Assembly (NCBI RefSeq): GCF_009914755.1
Contig: NC_060938.1
Reading direction: 5' to 3' (one strand)
Length of the DNA: 64,000 nucleotides
From: the human T2T-CHM13v2.0 reference genome, Homo sapiens
Position numbers and translations under genes: made by a program. Position 1 is the first letter of the stretch; every line of letters begins with the position of its first letter. The notes beneath the pieces were generated by a model. That model ran no database searches and was not told where the DNA came from. It was given only the letters and a program-made list of their open reading frames with translations. Shown here in pieces: positions 1 to 13,963 of the stretch.

Positions 1-86
1 GGGTTCTAGCACTTCAGGGCCAGCAACTTTGTCCACCCCCATGCAGCCATAATAATCTGATCCGAAGGCATAGAGCTGACCCTCAT
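1..86 (-). CDS. NEK9: NEK9 exon 12 (truncated by window edge)
   Basis: ttttgcag|AT; (D)[28 protein letters not shown] continues the RCC1 repeat in the expected phase. Confidence 0.94.
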
Positions 87-726
87 CTGCAAAAGAAAGG
101 AAAACAGAATCCATCAAAGGACTGACTTATTTTATCTAATCAGAAAGTTGGGCAGGGCTGGAATGAGGACTACCCCAGCAAATGATCTCACATGAATTGA
201 TTATATCCAAGAAATTAAAAGGACAGACTGTGCAAGTCTAGAGTTCTATGTCAGAGAGTCATGTGTACTACTACTACTATATTAAACAATTTAAAAAGTG
301 GTAGCATTATCACATTAAAAGGACTTAAAATTTTAATGGGGCCATCTTTGTTATATAGATAAAAAAATAAGTCCCAAGGAATCATTAACTAAGTAATGAC
401 AAGACCAAAACTAAACTTAGGTCTTGATCCTAATTTTGTGTTATCCATAGCCTGATGAGGTGGTAAGATTATTTTTCCTGCCAACCACGACACACATTTT
501 CTCCTGATCCCACCTCTTCTCTGTTACCCACCTGTCTTCTCCTTGCTCACCACCCCCTAATACTATAGCAAATTTGGTATGTTATTATTAATGAGTATAT
601 TTGCTCAAGGTCCTCTGGTTCTTTGTATACTGTCTTTTGTTTTAAAATCCCAACTAAGATTGCACAGCATTAAGCAAAATACCCCCACATTAAATGCACT
701 TAAGACACTTTCTGCTGATGGCTTAC

Positions 727-871
727 CAGTCACACAGACAGTGAAATCATCACCACATGACACCTGATGGATAGCTTTGCCTTGCAACTTTTCCACATGC
801 TTTGGCTGTCGATAGGAGGCTTTGTCTCCATGGCCCAGCTGACCATGGAGTTTAGTGCCTCCTTGCATGTT
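727..871 (-). CDS. NEK9: NEK9 exon 11 (RCC1 repeat)
   Basis: cacag|AAC; [16 protein letters not shown]...[12 protein letters not shown] with GQLG RCC1 motif; donor CTG|GTAAGC; 145 nt. Confidence 0.97.
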
Positions 872-882
872 CTGTGAAATAA

Positions 883-1071
<189 letters not shown>

Positions 1072-1490
1072 TAATTTTTCATGCCAAAAGCTGATCTTTA
1101 ATGGAACTTCATATGAAGAAAAACAGTAGAAAAAAAGAGCTAGAAATTTAGAAATTAGAAAAAAATGGGCAAAGGGATTAAACATTTTAATAGCAAGTAG
1201 TATACAGATCCTGCCAACAGGTAAAGAAAACTTAAAAAGTATCCAGATTAATATCCATTAATCTAATCTTTGTCCTTCAAGTCTAAGGTAAACTATATAT
1301 TTAATTACAGGTGATGGTGAAAAAAATTCTTTATAATATAGTCTAACTTTGTTGCTTTCTACAGGAATATAGCTTCTTGAAAATCTGTACTAGAAGTTTC
1401 ATAAATTTTGGTCACAGTTTCCCTGAAACATGGAAGAGTTATAAAGAATCTGGCTACATCAAAGAGGCTGCTATACAGCAATGAGACTAG

Positions 1491-1810
<320 letters not shown>

Positions 1811-1873
1811 TTTCAACAGTTTTATAGAGAAAAATAATTCTATTAAATGAGTATACTACAAGTCCTCATATTT

Positions 1874-2236
<363 letters not shown>

Positions 2237-2269
2237 AATAAATGTTTAAGATACTAATTTCTCTCCAGC

Positions 2270-2590
2270 AGCCTGAAATGAGCCTGAGAACGCATAGCAA
2301 GAGACAGGAGGAAAGCCAAGAGAACATGCTATCACAGAAGGCAAGTAAAGACAAAGCTTCAAGAAGGAGGGAGTGGTCAACTATGTCAAATGCTGCCGAG
2401 AGGTCAAGCTAGGTAAGGACTAAAAAGCATCTGTTTTATTTTAGCAATTTATGGGTCATTTTGTCAAGACTAGTTTCAATTGAGTGGCAGTGGCAGAGAT
2501 GGAAGCTGCATTGTAGGTGAATGAAGAGAGAGTGGGAGATAAGGAAACAGACAGCAAACACAGACAATTTGTTAAGGAAGGTGAGAGGGG
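2270..2590 (-). mobile_element. L2 fragment
   Basis: Typical L2 motifs gtcaaatgctgccgagaggtcaag...aggactaaaaag. Confidence 0.6.
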
Positions 2591-3054
2591 AGAATCTAGA
2601 GGGCAACAAACAAATTCTACACAAAATATACCTAGCCATCTTCAATCACTGCTGTGGGCTTCAGGGGTTTCCTGACATGGTATAGTCCTTCCTTTGTTTA
2701 CAAAGCTATTTCACAGGTAATAGTTGCTCTGAACCTCATGGTAATATAACAGAGTAATTGAGTGACTTGTCTGAAATCATCCAGCTGTAAATGGGAAACC
2801 CCAGTCTCCTGAGTCTTTCAATTTTTCTCTCCCTCTCTCATTCATTCATTCAAAAAACATTTATAGGTGACCTAATATGTACCAGCCCTGGGCATACATC
2901 AGTGAACTAAACAGACAAAATCCCTGCTCTTATAAGAGCTTCCATTCCATCACCCCATGTTGCCACTCCCTTAGTATAGGTTCAACTAATAAAATGCTTA
3001 GACATCGTGGGCCCAGTAAACAATTAGGCTTACAGCACTGTTCCAAAATGCTTA

Positions 3055-3402
<348 letters not shown>

Positions 3403-3702
3403 CTATCACAGCAGACTTTGCAATTCCTGCCTCAGGGCTTCATCACAGCTTGGCCAGATCAGATTCCAGTCTGACCCATAACACCTACACTTTTCCACAT
3501 TCATCATGGTAATGATGGCCACTTTAGTGTGAGGGTGAAATTATAGCTTTCTTCTTAGAAATGACTGTCTGACATTTAAGCAGATGCTGGCTCCTGAAAG
3601 GATGCCAAAGTATCCTCGGATCAAATAATGCCTACACTCAAGAAAGAACCCCCTGGTTGTAATTTCGGATATATTAGTTTTTAAGAGTCTCTTGAACATT
3701 AC

Positions 3703-3753
3703 CTTGGTCTCTTTGTAGGTGCATTAAGCAGAGTGACTTTTTCCTCCATCTCT
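3703..3753 (-). CDS. NEK9: NEK9 exon 9 (kinase-RCC1 linker)
   Basis: ggtag|A; (R)EMEEKVTLLNAPTKRPR; donor AG|GTAATG; 51 nt, phase 2-2. Confidence 0.95.
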
Positions 3754-4029
3754 CTACCAAAAGAAAAGCAAAGATACATGAGTGAAATAATAGGTTTTTA
3801 TATTGCAAAGGTGTCTGTTTAATACATTTCACAGATTTAATCCTCTTATAAACTGTATGCATCCTACAACATCACAATACTTTTAGCAAAGTACCTCAAT
3901 ACAACTCAAAACAGTTATATAGTCCTTTCATTAGACAATTCATTAAATACCCAAAGGCCAGCAGTTTGGGGCCATTTGCTTTCTGTCTCTGAGAAATGGT
4001 CCAGGCTGGAACAGAGAGCCTTGAGAACC

Positions 4030-4620
4030 TCTGATGTACATATTTAGTATCTGATGGACACCTTCATCTAGTCTGCCCACTGACTCCCAAACTCAGTATC
4101 TCCAAATATGAGCTTGTTAGCTTTTTCCCAAATGAGCTTTTCTTTCTGACTCCTCTATTTCTGTAACTAGCCGCAACACCCTTCCCCAATTCTCCCAGTC
4201 AACTGGGCTTAAAACCTCAGTCATCTCTGATTCATCTCTCTCCCTTTCTTTAATATTCAGGTTCTACAGATTCTACCTATATAGTACTTTTTGTACTCAC
4301 CTCTTCCTTTCCAGTCTCACCACCTTAGTTCTGGGTAGCTCTACTTCCCACCTGTACTGTGATAATACCTCCTAATCAGCCTCACTTACTACAGTCTTAA
4401 TCATTTTACTATACTAATTTAACACAGATACTAATATTGCCAAATAACTCTTCCTTAGGTATGCCTCTCATCACGTGAACTGCCCTCTCGCAAACATCCA
4501 CCATCTCTCAACAGTGGATGTGATACCCACTCTATCTTTTGCACTACCTCTTGAATTAACCACAATTTTCTTGGCCTGGCATGCAAGATTTCCTACCTAT
4601 TTTTCCAGACTTCCTTCCTT
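4030..4620 (+). mobile_element. L2 fragment
   Basis: Pyrimidine-rich L2 motifs (aaactcagtatctccaaa, aaaacctcagtcatctctgattc). Confidence 0.55.
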
Positions 4621-4965
4621 TTGTTTGCACCCCACGTTCTAGCCCAGGGCTGTCATCCTACCTAAATCAATTATAGCTGAGCTCCTAGAGTAGTGCTCAG
4701 GCATCAGTACTTTTTGAAAGCTCCTGATATTTTGCATCAAAAATCCCAGGTCTAGAACCACTAATCTAGCCAAATAGAATTTTGTGTTTCCTGAATATTT
4801 TCCACAACTTCCTGTGTCTATGATTTTGTTTATGCTATATTCTCTGTCTGGAAAACTCTGTCTTATGTTTTCCATCAAAGTACAAAGTTCCAACAAAGTA
4901 TTGCAGGCAAATCTATAATTATCTCAGTAAAAATTTCATGCCTACACTCAAGAAATAAGAGATTA

Positions 4966-5307
<342 letters not shown>

Positions 5308-5923
5308 TCATTATATTGCTGTGAAATAAGCCAGACAAAAATTTTAAATATGCTTCACCAGACCAAAAGGGTGATACTGCCTGCACGTGCACAAAACATA
5401 AATGGAAGGTCATGGTGCTGTATCTGGAGTACTGTACATAATTTCAGGCACTAAAACACTGGCTACAGACCAACTAGAGAAGAACCAGAAAAGATTAATT
5501 AAATGGCATAGTAGAATAAAAGTACTGATGAAACAGCAAATATGCAATTAGGGATGTACAGAATGTATCCAAGAGCAAGACTTGAAAAGAGCATTGTATG
5601 TGAATATTTGGAAGATATAAAAACAAAAAACTGGTAGTGGAGGAAGAAGCGTAGCAAGGCAAAAATAGTGTAATAGGATGAAATACAGACTCAAATATTT
5701 AACGAAGATAAATGTTTTAAATTAAGGTATGAAACCTCCTAGAGGAACAGAGGGATAAAGGATGTTCTTCCTATCTCTAAAGATATCTGACAGAATAATC
5801 TCAGGAAATAACCTCTGAGGAGTCAATAAAACTCGACTTCAAATATGGGCAAAATGTACCTGAAGAGGATTCCTCCAACTCCAACCTACCACCTAAACAA
5901 ATGCAGTGAAAAACAAAGGCTCA

Positions 5924-6232
5924 GGCTGGGCATAGTGTCTCATGCCTGTAATCCCAACACTTTGGGAGGCTGAGGCAGGAGGATTGCTTAGGCAACAGCT
6001 TTGAGATCAGCCTGGGCAACACAGTGAGACCCCGTCTCTATAAAAATAGAAAAATTAGCCAGGCATGATGGTGCACACCTGTAGTCCTAGCTACTTGGGA
6101 GGCTGAGGTGTGAGAATCACTTGCAGCAGAAGTTCAAGGCTGCAGTGAGCTAGGACTGTGCCACTGCACTCTAGCCTGGGTGACAGAGTGAGACTCTGTC
6201 TCAGAAAACAAACAAAAAACAAAAAAACCAAA
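5924..6232 (+). mobile_element. Alu (J-like)
   Basis: Full-length diverged Alu. Confidence 0.88.
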
Positions 6233-6720
6233 GGACCAGTCCAACTCACACTACAATTGATAAGCACCCTATGCCAGGCCCTGGGCTGACCACTTTTTAT
6301 GCGTTATCTTCTTTAATCCTGGCCTCATCTTACTTTATAGAGGAGAAAGCCAAGAAATAACGATGTTAAATAACTTGACAAAGATAATGACAAAATTCAG
6401 ATACAAACATAAGGATGTCTGAGTCCAGACACCCCTCTTCCTTACTGCACTCTAATGCCTCAACTCTAAGGTTTAAAACCAATGGGTTGGGGAGTGAAGG
6501 GCTCTTGGGCCTCATTAGTACAAATTTACAACAAAACAGCACAGGCTAAGGAGGCAAAAGTCAGATGCCACCCCTAAGCAATAAAAGCAGGGATGTTGGT
6601 AGAAAATAGCACTATTGCAACCAAGTCAGGAAACACTACTCTTTCTTTTAGTACTCTGATCAAGCCTCTAAAAGTCAACTATCTCAGAAAAGACAATGGA
6701 GTGACTTCTTCATAATTTAC

Positions 6721-6785
6721 CTCCTGCGTTTCCTGAGAAGAGGGCGATCTAGAAGTTCATCTGCAGTAGGTCTCTGCTCAGGATC
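6721..6785 (-). CDS. NEK9: NEK9 exon 8 (end of kinase domain)
   Basis: ttttag|GAT; DPEQRPTADELLDRPLLRKRR; donor AG|GTAAAT; 65 nt. Confidence 0.96.
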
Positions 6786-7003
6786 CTAAAAAGTAAAAAT
6801 AGGGTTAGTTTTCACTTAATGGAAATGGGCAACATCGGATCTAAAGATGTTAATTAGTCAAAGACCACTGCATTATCCTTTTGTTTTAAAAATCATTTCT
6901 TATGTGATACTCCATATTTTATGCTTCTCACCTCATTATAATCAACACTTGTACATGAAGGAGAATGTTTATAATGCATCTTCCTCACTTGTTCAGTTAG
7001 GGC

Positions 7004-7209
7004 AGTGGCTCTTGAACCTCAATATATACAGAACAGAAGAATTACCTGAGGTGTTTGTTACAAATAAAGATTTCTGGGCTTTATCCACAGAGATTCTGAT
7101 TGAGTTCGTCTGGGGTGGGGCCCAGGAATCTTCTTTTTACTTACAAAACTCCCCCATTCCCTGGTGATTCTGACTCCAGTGTTTCATGAAACATACTTTG
7201 AATAATACT
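7004..7209. mobile_element. MER5-type hAT-Charlie MITE
   Basis: cagtggctct...gattctgattgagt...ggggtggggcccaggaatc...ggtgattctga...catactttgaataatact. Confidence 0.7.
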
Positions 7210-7571
7210 AGAACTACACAGCAAGGGAACCATGAGATATGAGAAATACAGACATTCTGTATTAGAAGTGGTAAATTATCTTTCATTGCAGTTTTTTGAA
7301 ATCTATATTCAGAAATTACTCTTGGTCATAAAAATCGAGCACAATTTAGATGGGAAATTCATTTCACAAACTAACACTTACAAAACAGAATGAAGTAAGA
7401 ATTTGTTCACTGAAGCACACAACTATAATGAATTACCAATACCTATTCTGGGTATAGCCACAAATACACTCTACCCTGGGGAAGTGGATGTGGTTTTGTA
7501 TGGTTTATAGCTATGCCATACACCAAACACTGAGGCTGGAAGGGGAAATACGAAACTGAAGTGAATGTTTA

Positions 7572-7694
<123 letters not shown>

Positions 7695-8352
7695 CTATGA
7701 GAAAATGATGACTGCATTGTTCCTGGTTATATAAAGATGATGCTATACTCTACTGGTAGGGGCTCTCAGGTGTCTGTGACCATTATTTAAAGAATTGGCA
7801 ATAGGTCTGACTTCTTGTTATAACTACTAGTATGCATCAAAAAAAAATGGTTAGGGATGCACTGATGCTATCAGACAGAATGAAGCCAACTGGCCATACA
7901 ATCTATAACTATGTGGCCAATAATATGATGCTCAGAGTATATTATAATCTGACCTTTCAACTGAATCCCAAGAAAAAGGAAAGCAAGATTAGCCATCCTT
8001 GTTGGCTTCATGTAGTTCCCTTGCCAACTAACTTGCGTCCTAATTTATATATCCTAATTGTGGCTGTACAGGCAATACTCTGCTGCAACAGATAAGGCAG
8101 TAATAATAATAAGATGATAATACTAACAATATTATGGTAATACCACCACCACATTATTGAGAGACTACTACAAACTAGACAGGCACATTACATATATGAT
8201 ATTTTTTAGCCTCACTAACACCATTCAAGGAAATTATTATCATTATCAATTTATATATGAGAAAAATGGGGCTCAGAGATGTAAAGTAACTTGCCCAAAA
8301 TCACAGATAGTAAAAATGGAGCTATAATTCCAACCAAAGCCTGACTCCAAGT

Positions 8353-8511
8353 CATATACATATATACACATATATACACGCATACATATATACACACATA
8401 TATGTGTATATATGTATATGTGCATGTGTACATGTACACACACGTGTGCACATATATACACGTGTGTGTACATATATGCACACGTGTGTGCGTACACACA
8501 CACACACACAT
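8353..8511. repeat. ~159-bp uninterrupted alternating purine/pyrimidine tract
   Basis: CA/TA/TG/CG dinucleotides with no break. Confidence 0.9.
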
Positions 8512-8799
8512 TTCTTAAGACAGAGTCTCACTCTGTCACCCAGGCTGGAGTGCAGTGACACGATCTCCACTCACTACAACCTCTGTCTCCTGGGTTCAAG
8601 TGATGCTTGTGCCTCAGCCTCCTGAGTAGCTGGGATTACGGGCATGCGCCACCATGCCTGGATAATTTTTGTATTTTTTAGTAGAGACAGGGTTTCACCA
8701 TGTTGGCCAGGCTGGTCTCGAACTCCTGACCTCAGGTGATCTGTCCGCCTCAGCCTCCCAAAGTGCTGGGATCACAGGCATGAGCCACCGCGCCCAGCC
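8512..8799 (-). mobile_element. Alu (S-type) inserted in a MIR, 15-bp TSD
   Basis: ctgactccaagtcat at 8341-8355 and 8801-8815. Confidence 0.9.
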
Positions 8800-9088
8800 T
8801 CTGACTCCAAGTCATTTTTCTTCCACCATACTATTTAGGAGAATTAGATGATATACTAGAACAACCTTCAGGATTTAGAAAAATGAATAGGTCTTATGAA
8901 AGGGCAATGAATTTGCATTATCTTACATTTGCATTTTTCATATACATTATGAGAGAATCTCCGTGTGGGGAATATATATTGTTACCATGTTATAGATAAT
9001 GAAACAGAGGATCAAAGAGATGAAGTGATTTGCCTAAATTCTCACACCTGGTTGGTAGAGGCAACTGGATATGAATCCACTTTAGCCC

Positions 9089-9227
9089 CTCAGTGTGCTC
9101 CATGGACCAGCAGCATCAGCATCACTTGGGAGCTTGTTAGAAACACAGACTATCAACCCCACCCCCCAAAAAAATCTGCATTTCAACAAGATGATTTTGT
9201 ATGCATATTAAAGTTTGAGAAGCACTG
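9089..9227. mobile_element. MER5A-type DNA transposon relic
   Basis: ggaccagcagcatcagcatcacttgggagcttgttagaaa...aaagtttgagaagcactg. Confidence 0.75.
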
Positions 9228-9553
9228 CTTTATATCAGGTTGTACTTTAATTTACTTAAAAAAAGAAAAAAAGACTTAAAGGGATTCATTGTCCATAAAG
9301 CAATGACAATCTTTATTTATTTTTTAACAGATAAACATTTTTTTCCTAGTTAATGAATATTTTTAACACCCACGATGTGTTAGGTATTGCAGAAAATAAA
9401 GCAAACATTTGGAAGGGTTTTAGACTACCTGGCAAAACCACAGCTATATAAAAAAAGTAAGTACAATAAAGTGATACTGGTGCTATGTCAGAAGTGTTTA
9501 CAAGATAGAATAAAGGCACAAAGAAGTAACAATTTAGAAAAAGGCATAAATAT

Positions 9554-9814
9554 GCTGGGCATGGGGGCTCATACCTGTAATCCTAGCACAGGCCAAGGCA
9601 GGAGGATCACTTGAGGCCAGGATTTTGAAACAAGCTTGGGTAACATAGTGAGAACCCATCTCTACAAAAAATAGCCAGGTGTGGTGAGGCATGCCTGTAG
9701 TTCGAACTACTCAGGAGACTGAGGCGGGATGACTGCTGGAGCACAGGAGTTTGAGACTGCAGTGAGCTATGATCACGACACTGCACTCCAGGCCTGGGCA
9801 ACAGAGTGAGACCC
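9554..9814 (+). mobile_element. Alu (J-like) lacking a poly-A tail, abutting the HIF1A fragment
   Basis: Alu consensus to ...agagtgagaccc then a direct switch to HIF1A-derived sequence. Confidence 0.85.
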
Positions 9815-9815
9815 A

Positions 9816-9985
9816 AATAAAACAATTATCTTTTGCTCCCTTCCATTCTGTTCACTAGATTTGCATTCTTTTACACGTTTCTAGGAAAGTGATGCAGTAG
9901 CTGCATGATCATCTGGCTGCTGTTAATAATGTTCCAATTCCTACTGCCTGAAAAAGTGAACCATCATATTCCATTTTTTGCTTTT
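9816..9985 (-). pseudogene. HIF1AP1: Processed HIF1A fragment (approx. residues 719-773), probably the locus called HIF1AP1
   Basis: Minus strand reads [20 protein letters not shown]/(+1 nt)/[34 protein letters not shown] versus HIF1A [55 protein letters not shown]; contains a frameshift and a TAG; symbol assignment from memory. Confidence 0.88.
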
Positions 9986-10004
9986 AAGAGATGAACTTTT
10001 AAAT

Positions 10005-10418
<414 letters not shown>

Positions 10419-10577
10419 TGGGTCTATAGCATTTTAGTAATAGATTACTAATCTTGTACCTGAATACAGGTTATTTTTGCCAGAAATCAGAAGCCTGGGA
10501 ATAGAGTTGATCTGCTTAGTCAAGCTGTACCATTTGCAACCTGCTAAATGCAATATGGGGATAATATGCCAACTTAC

Positions 10578-10709
10578 TGTAGCATCAAACGTCCTCTTTA
10601 AGGTAAGCAGTTCAAAAATGACGCAGCCAACTGCCCAGATATCAGACTTGAAATTGTACTTTACTCCTTGACAGAGCTCTGGAGACATGTAATATGGGGT
10701 TCCCACAAG
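10578..10709 (-). CDS. NEK9: NEK9 exon 6
   Basis: ctcag|CTT; [44 protein letters not shown]; donor ACA|GTAAGT; 132 nt. Confidence 0.97.
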
Positions 10710-12146
10710 CTGAGCAACAAAGAAACAATCAAAGAATAACTTCTTTTCTGAGGTAACTATGTTAACATTTCAACAGCTTAATTAAATTTCCTAGGAACTA
10801 GTCATAACAACCATAAAACATTCATCAGCAGATTCCAAAATGGTTTTTATGAGACGATGCCACTATGGAAAGAAATCTTATTCATATCAAACCTCTTGGG
10901 TCAATTATAAAGGGACAATCTCTGTGACAAAGGAACTGTGGTAACTTGAGGGGCTCAATAGCTCTGTGATTCCTAGATCACAGAGGCTTCAGGCATTCAA
11001 GGCCTACTGAAGACTTTACACAAACTTAAAGACATACTTAGTAGAAGTTCACCAATGGGAAAAAAATCCAAACACTGGCAGTGGGGAGATGGTAACTCAA
11101 TGAAGGAATTAGATGTTCTAACTAAAATACGCGCAATGAAACTTTTAAAATGCCCAATTTGGCATCTGTTATACTAACACAGCTAGCGAATTTCCTTTGA
11201 ATTTGAAAAAGATTTTCTGACTTCAAAAATAAATTTGGAAATAAAAATGTCCTAAGAAGTCATGCCTCTCCCAAGATGAGATATAATGAATGCCCTAGCA
11301 GCTCTAATAAAATTCATAGTCAGCTTTAAGCAGCAAAGCAAAGCAAATTTCAGATGGCTTACATGGCTTTTATAAATTTTCATATCATTCCTTCTTTGCA
11401 TTTAACTAGCTAAAAAAAGTCAAGTCTTGGTTTTATCAGATTGTTCTTGATGAGAAAAATCCATATAAAGATATGATTGCTTCTTCAGAAGCTCACTTTG
11501 GCCTCCATCATAGAAACATCTGAGTCCCTGAAGCAGAGACTCCAAATCCTAAACATCTAAATTGCTTGCAGGCAAACCTTGACATTATTAAAAAAAAAAT
11601 TATTGGCCAAAATCAGTTTTCAATTTCTTTTAAGGACAGAGCATTGTGAAACTAGAAGAATAACAACTGGGTTTTATAATTCCTAAAAGGATAAGATTAC
11701 TGTCCTAAAGATCAACTTATGTCTACTCTTTACCAATGATCTTTCTCAAAATCACGTGAGAAGGGACCCCTGTGCAGTTCAGACTGTGTATAATATTAAA
11801 GAATGGATTGTTCTCTGAGCATCAGCCTTCACTTGAAATATAGGGTTCTCTTTGAACCAGAAGCATTCAAAGGAAAAACAAAGAGATGTCTAACACCTTG
11901 AGCTCAAACATTAAATAAGAGATAAAGTGAAATCTACTAAAGATCCTAACCTGGACAAAACAGTAAAGCATTTTGCTGCTTTTAGATAAGTCCCTAATCA
12001 GTGCTGGAAAAAGGCTATGAGGTCAGAGCTGTAACGTGGGCAATGACTTAAATGCCTGCTAGTGGGCCCAGGAAAAAGACTTCTGAAGACATGCATTAAA
12101 AGTATGGAGAACTTGCAAGAATATTGAGAAAAGTATGCAAGATTTA

Positions 12147-12341
<195 letters not shown>

Positions 12342-12416
12342 TTAAGTTCACACAGATAATTGTTTTATTTCATCCCCCGCCTTGCCCAGGATTATTACAG
12401 AATAAAAATGAGTGTG

Positions 12417-12725
12417 GGCCGGGTACAGTGGCTCACATCTGTAATCTCAGCACTTTGGGAGGGCAAGGCAGGAGTACTGCTTGAGGCCAGGAGTTCTTCA
12501 CCAGCCTGGGCAACATGGTGAGACCCCATCTCTACAAAAAATAAATTAGTCAGGAGTGGTGGCATACACTTGTAGTCCTAGCTTCTCGGGAGGTTAAAGC
12601 ACCGAGAATCAGTTGAGCCCAGGAGGCTGAGGCTGCAGTGAGTCATGATTGCACCACTACATTCCAGCCTGGGCAACAGGGTGAGACCCTGTCTCAAAAA
12701 CTAAAACAAAATAAAACAAAAAAAG
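12417..12725 (+). mobile_element. Alu (J-like)
   Basis: Full-length dimer. Confidence 0.88.
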
Positions 12726-13892
12726 AGTGTTACCATTGCTCATTCATTTAGGATATCCTAAACATCCCACAGTGGTCATCACTTTCACATGCTATTTAAC
12801 ACTGAAGTGGGGACTTTAAAGGAGTGAAGGCAGAGAATTAACTTCATCCTCTAGGGCTTCACAGCATAGAAATATCTCCCATACTACTGAAGCTATTAGG
12901 AAAAGTTGAGACGGTCAGATGAGGAAAATGGTGCTCTAGGTAACCATAATTCCCATAAGATACCACAACTCTTCAACTATCACTTATGCCTTGAATTAAG
13001 TGATATCAAGGCAACTTTAACAAACTTGGTTGGTGTCAAAGTTTCAAATAATCTGTTAAGGCAAGAGAAGAGGCCTACATGTCCCTGCAATGATATGATT
13101 AGGCCATTTAGTCATCTAAATAAAATCACAGGCTATTTTTCTAAAGATAAATTGACCATATGTAAAACAAAATAACTGTGCCTGGTTCACTATGTCTTCC
13201 TTTATTGAAAGATGCGAATAAACCAGAACAATATACTTTGTTACTTTTAAAAAGAAAATAACAACATGCAACAGAAGCCATTTAATAGCTATCAAGAAAT
13301 ATATGTTAACTGAATGAACAAACCAATAAAAAAAGAAATCTTAGTGTATTATAATTAATCTCTGGCACCAGTCAATGACTCACTTAAGAAGGGCATAATG
13401 ATGTGAAAATGTTATTGAGATGCTTCTCTTCTATAGCTAGAAATGAATGCAATCATGCTTGTTTTTAAAGATCTGGTAAATTTGTACAAGTAAATATACA
13501 GAGTGAAGAGGCTTTTATTTAAATTAAAAGATCTTAATTATAGAATTAAAAAGAATTGCCAATTATTATTGCTGTGAATTCTTACCAAATACTACTTCTC
13601 ATAGTGCCCTTCTAGGCTTTACTGATGAATTAACAAACTGAACTCTAAAATTTTTGTCTGTAAAATGACTTCAGTAGTACTTGGCTACTGAGGAGACTCT
13701 TCCTAGATCATAAACATGGTTTAACCTCAGGGAGTGAAAATAATATTGCTCATTACTTTCCTTTCCTAGTGATATCAATGGAAAAACTCTTGGCTGCTTA
13801 ACCAAGAAAATAAAAGTGTTGTTGGGGGGGTATCCACGGTAGGGGCTGAATTGGTAGGGAAGAATCCATCCATAATTTTTTTTACTTCTTAC

Positions 13893-13963
13893 CTATGAAG
13901 GATTCCAGCTTTATGGATGCAGCTCACTGCTGAAACAATCTGAAATAGGTACCACACCACCAT
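13893..13963 (-). CDS. NEK9: NEK9 exon 4
   Basis: ctgcag|ATG; [24 protein letters not shown]; donor AG|GTAAGA; 71 nt. Confidence 0.96.

Noticed and set aside
10962-10985. 9-bp hairpin ctctgtgat/atcacagag
   Set aside because: Within chance expectation for 64 kb; no ncRNA features
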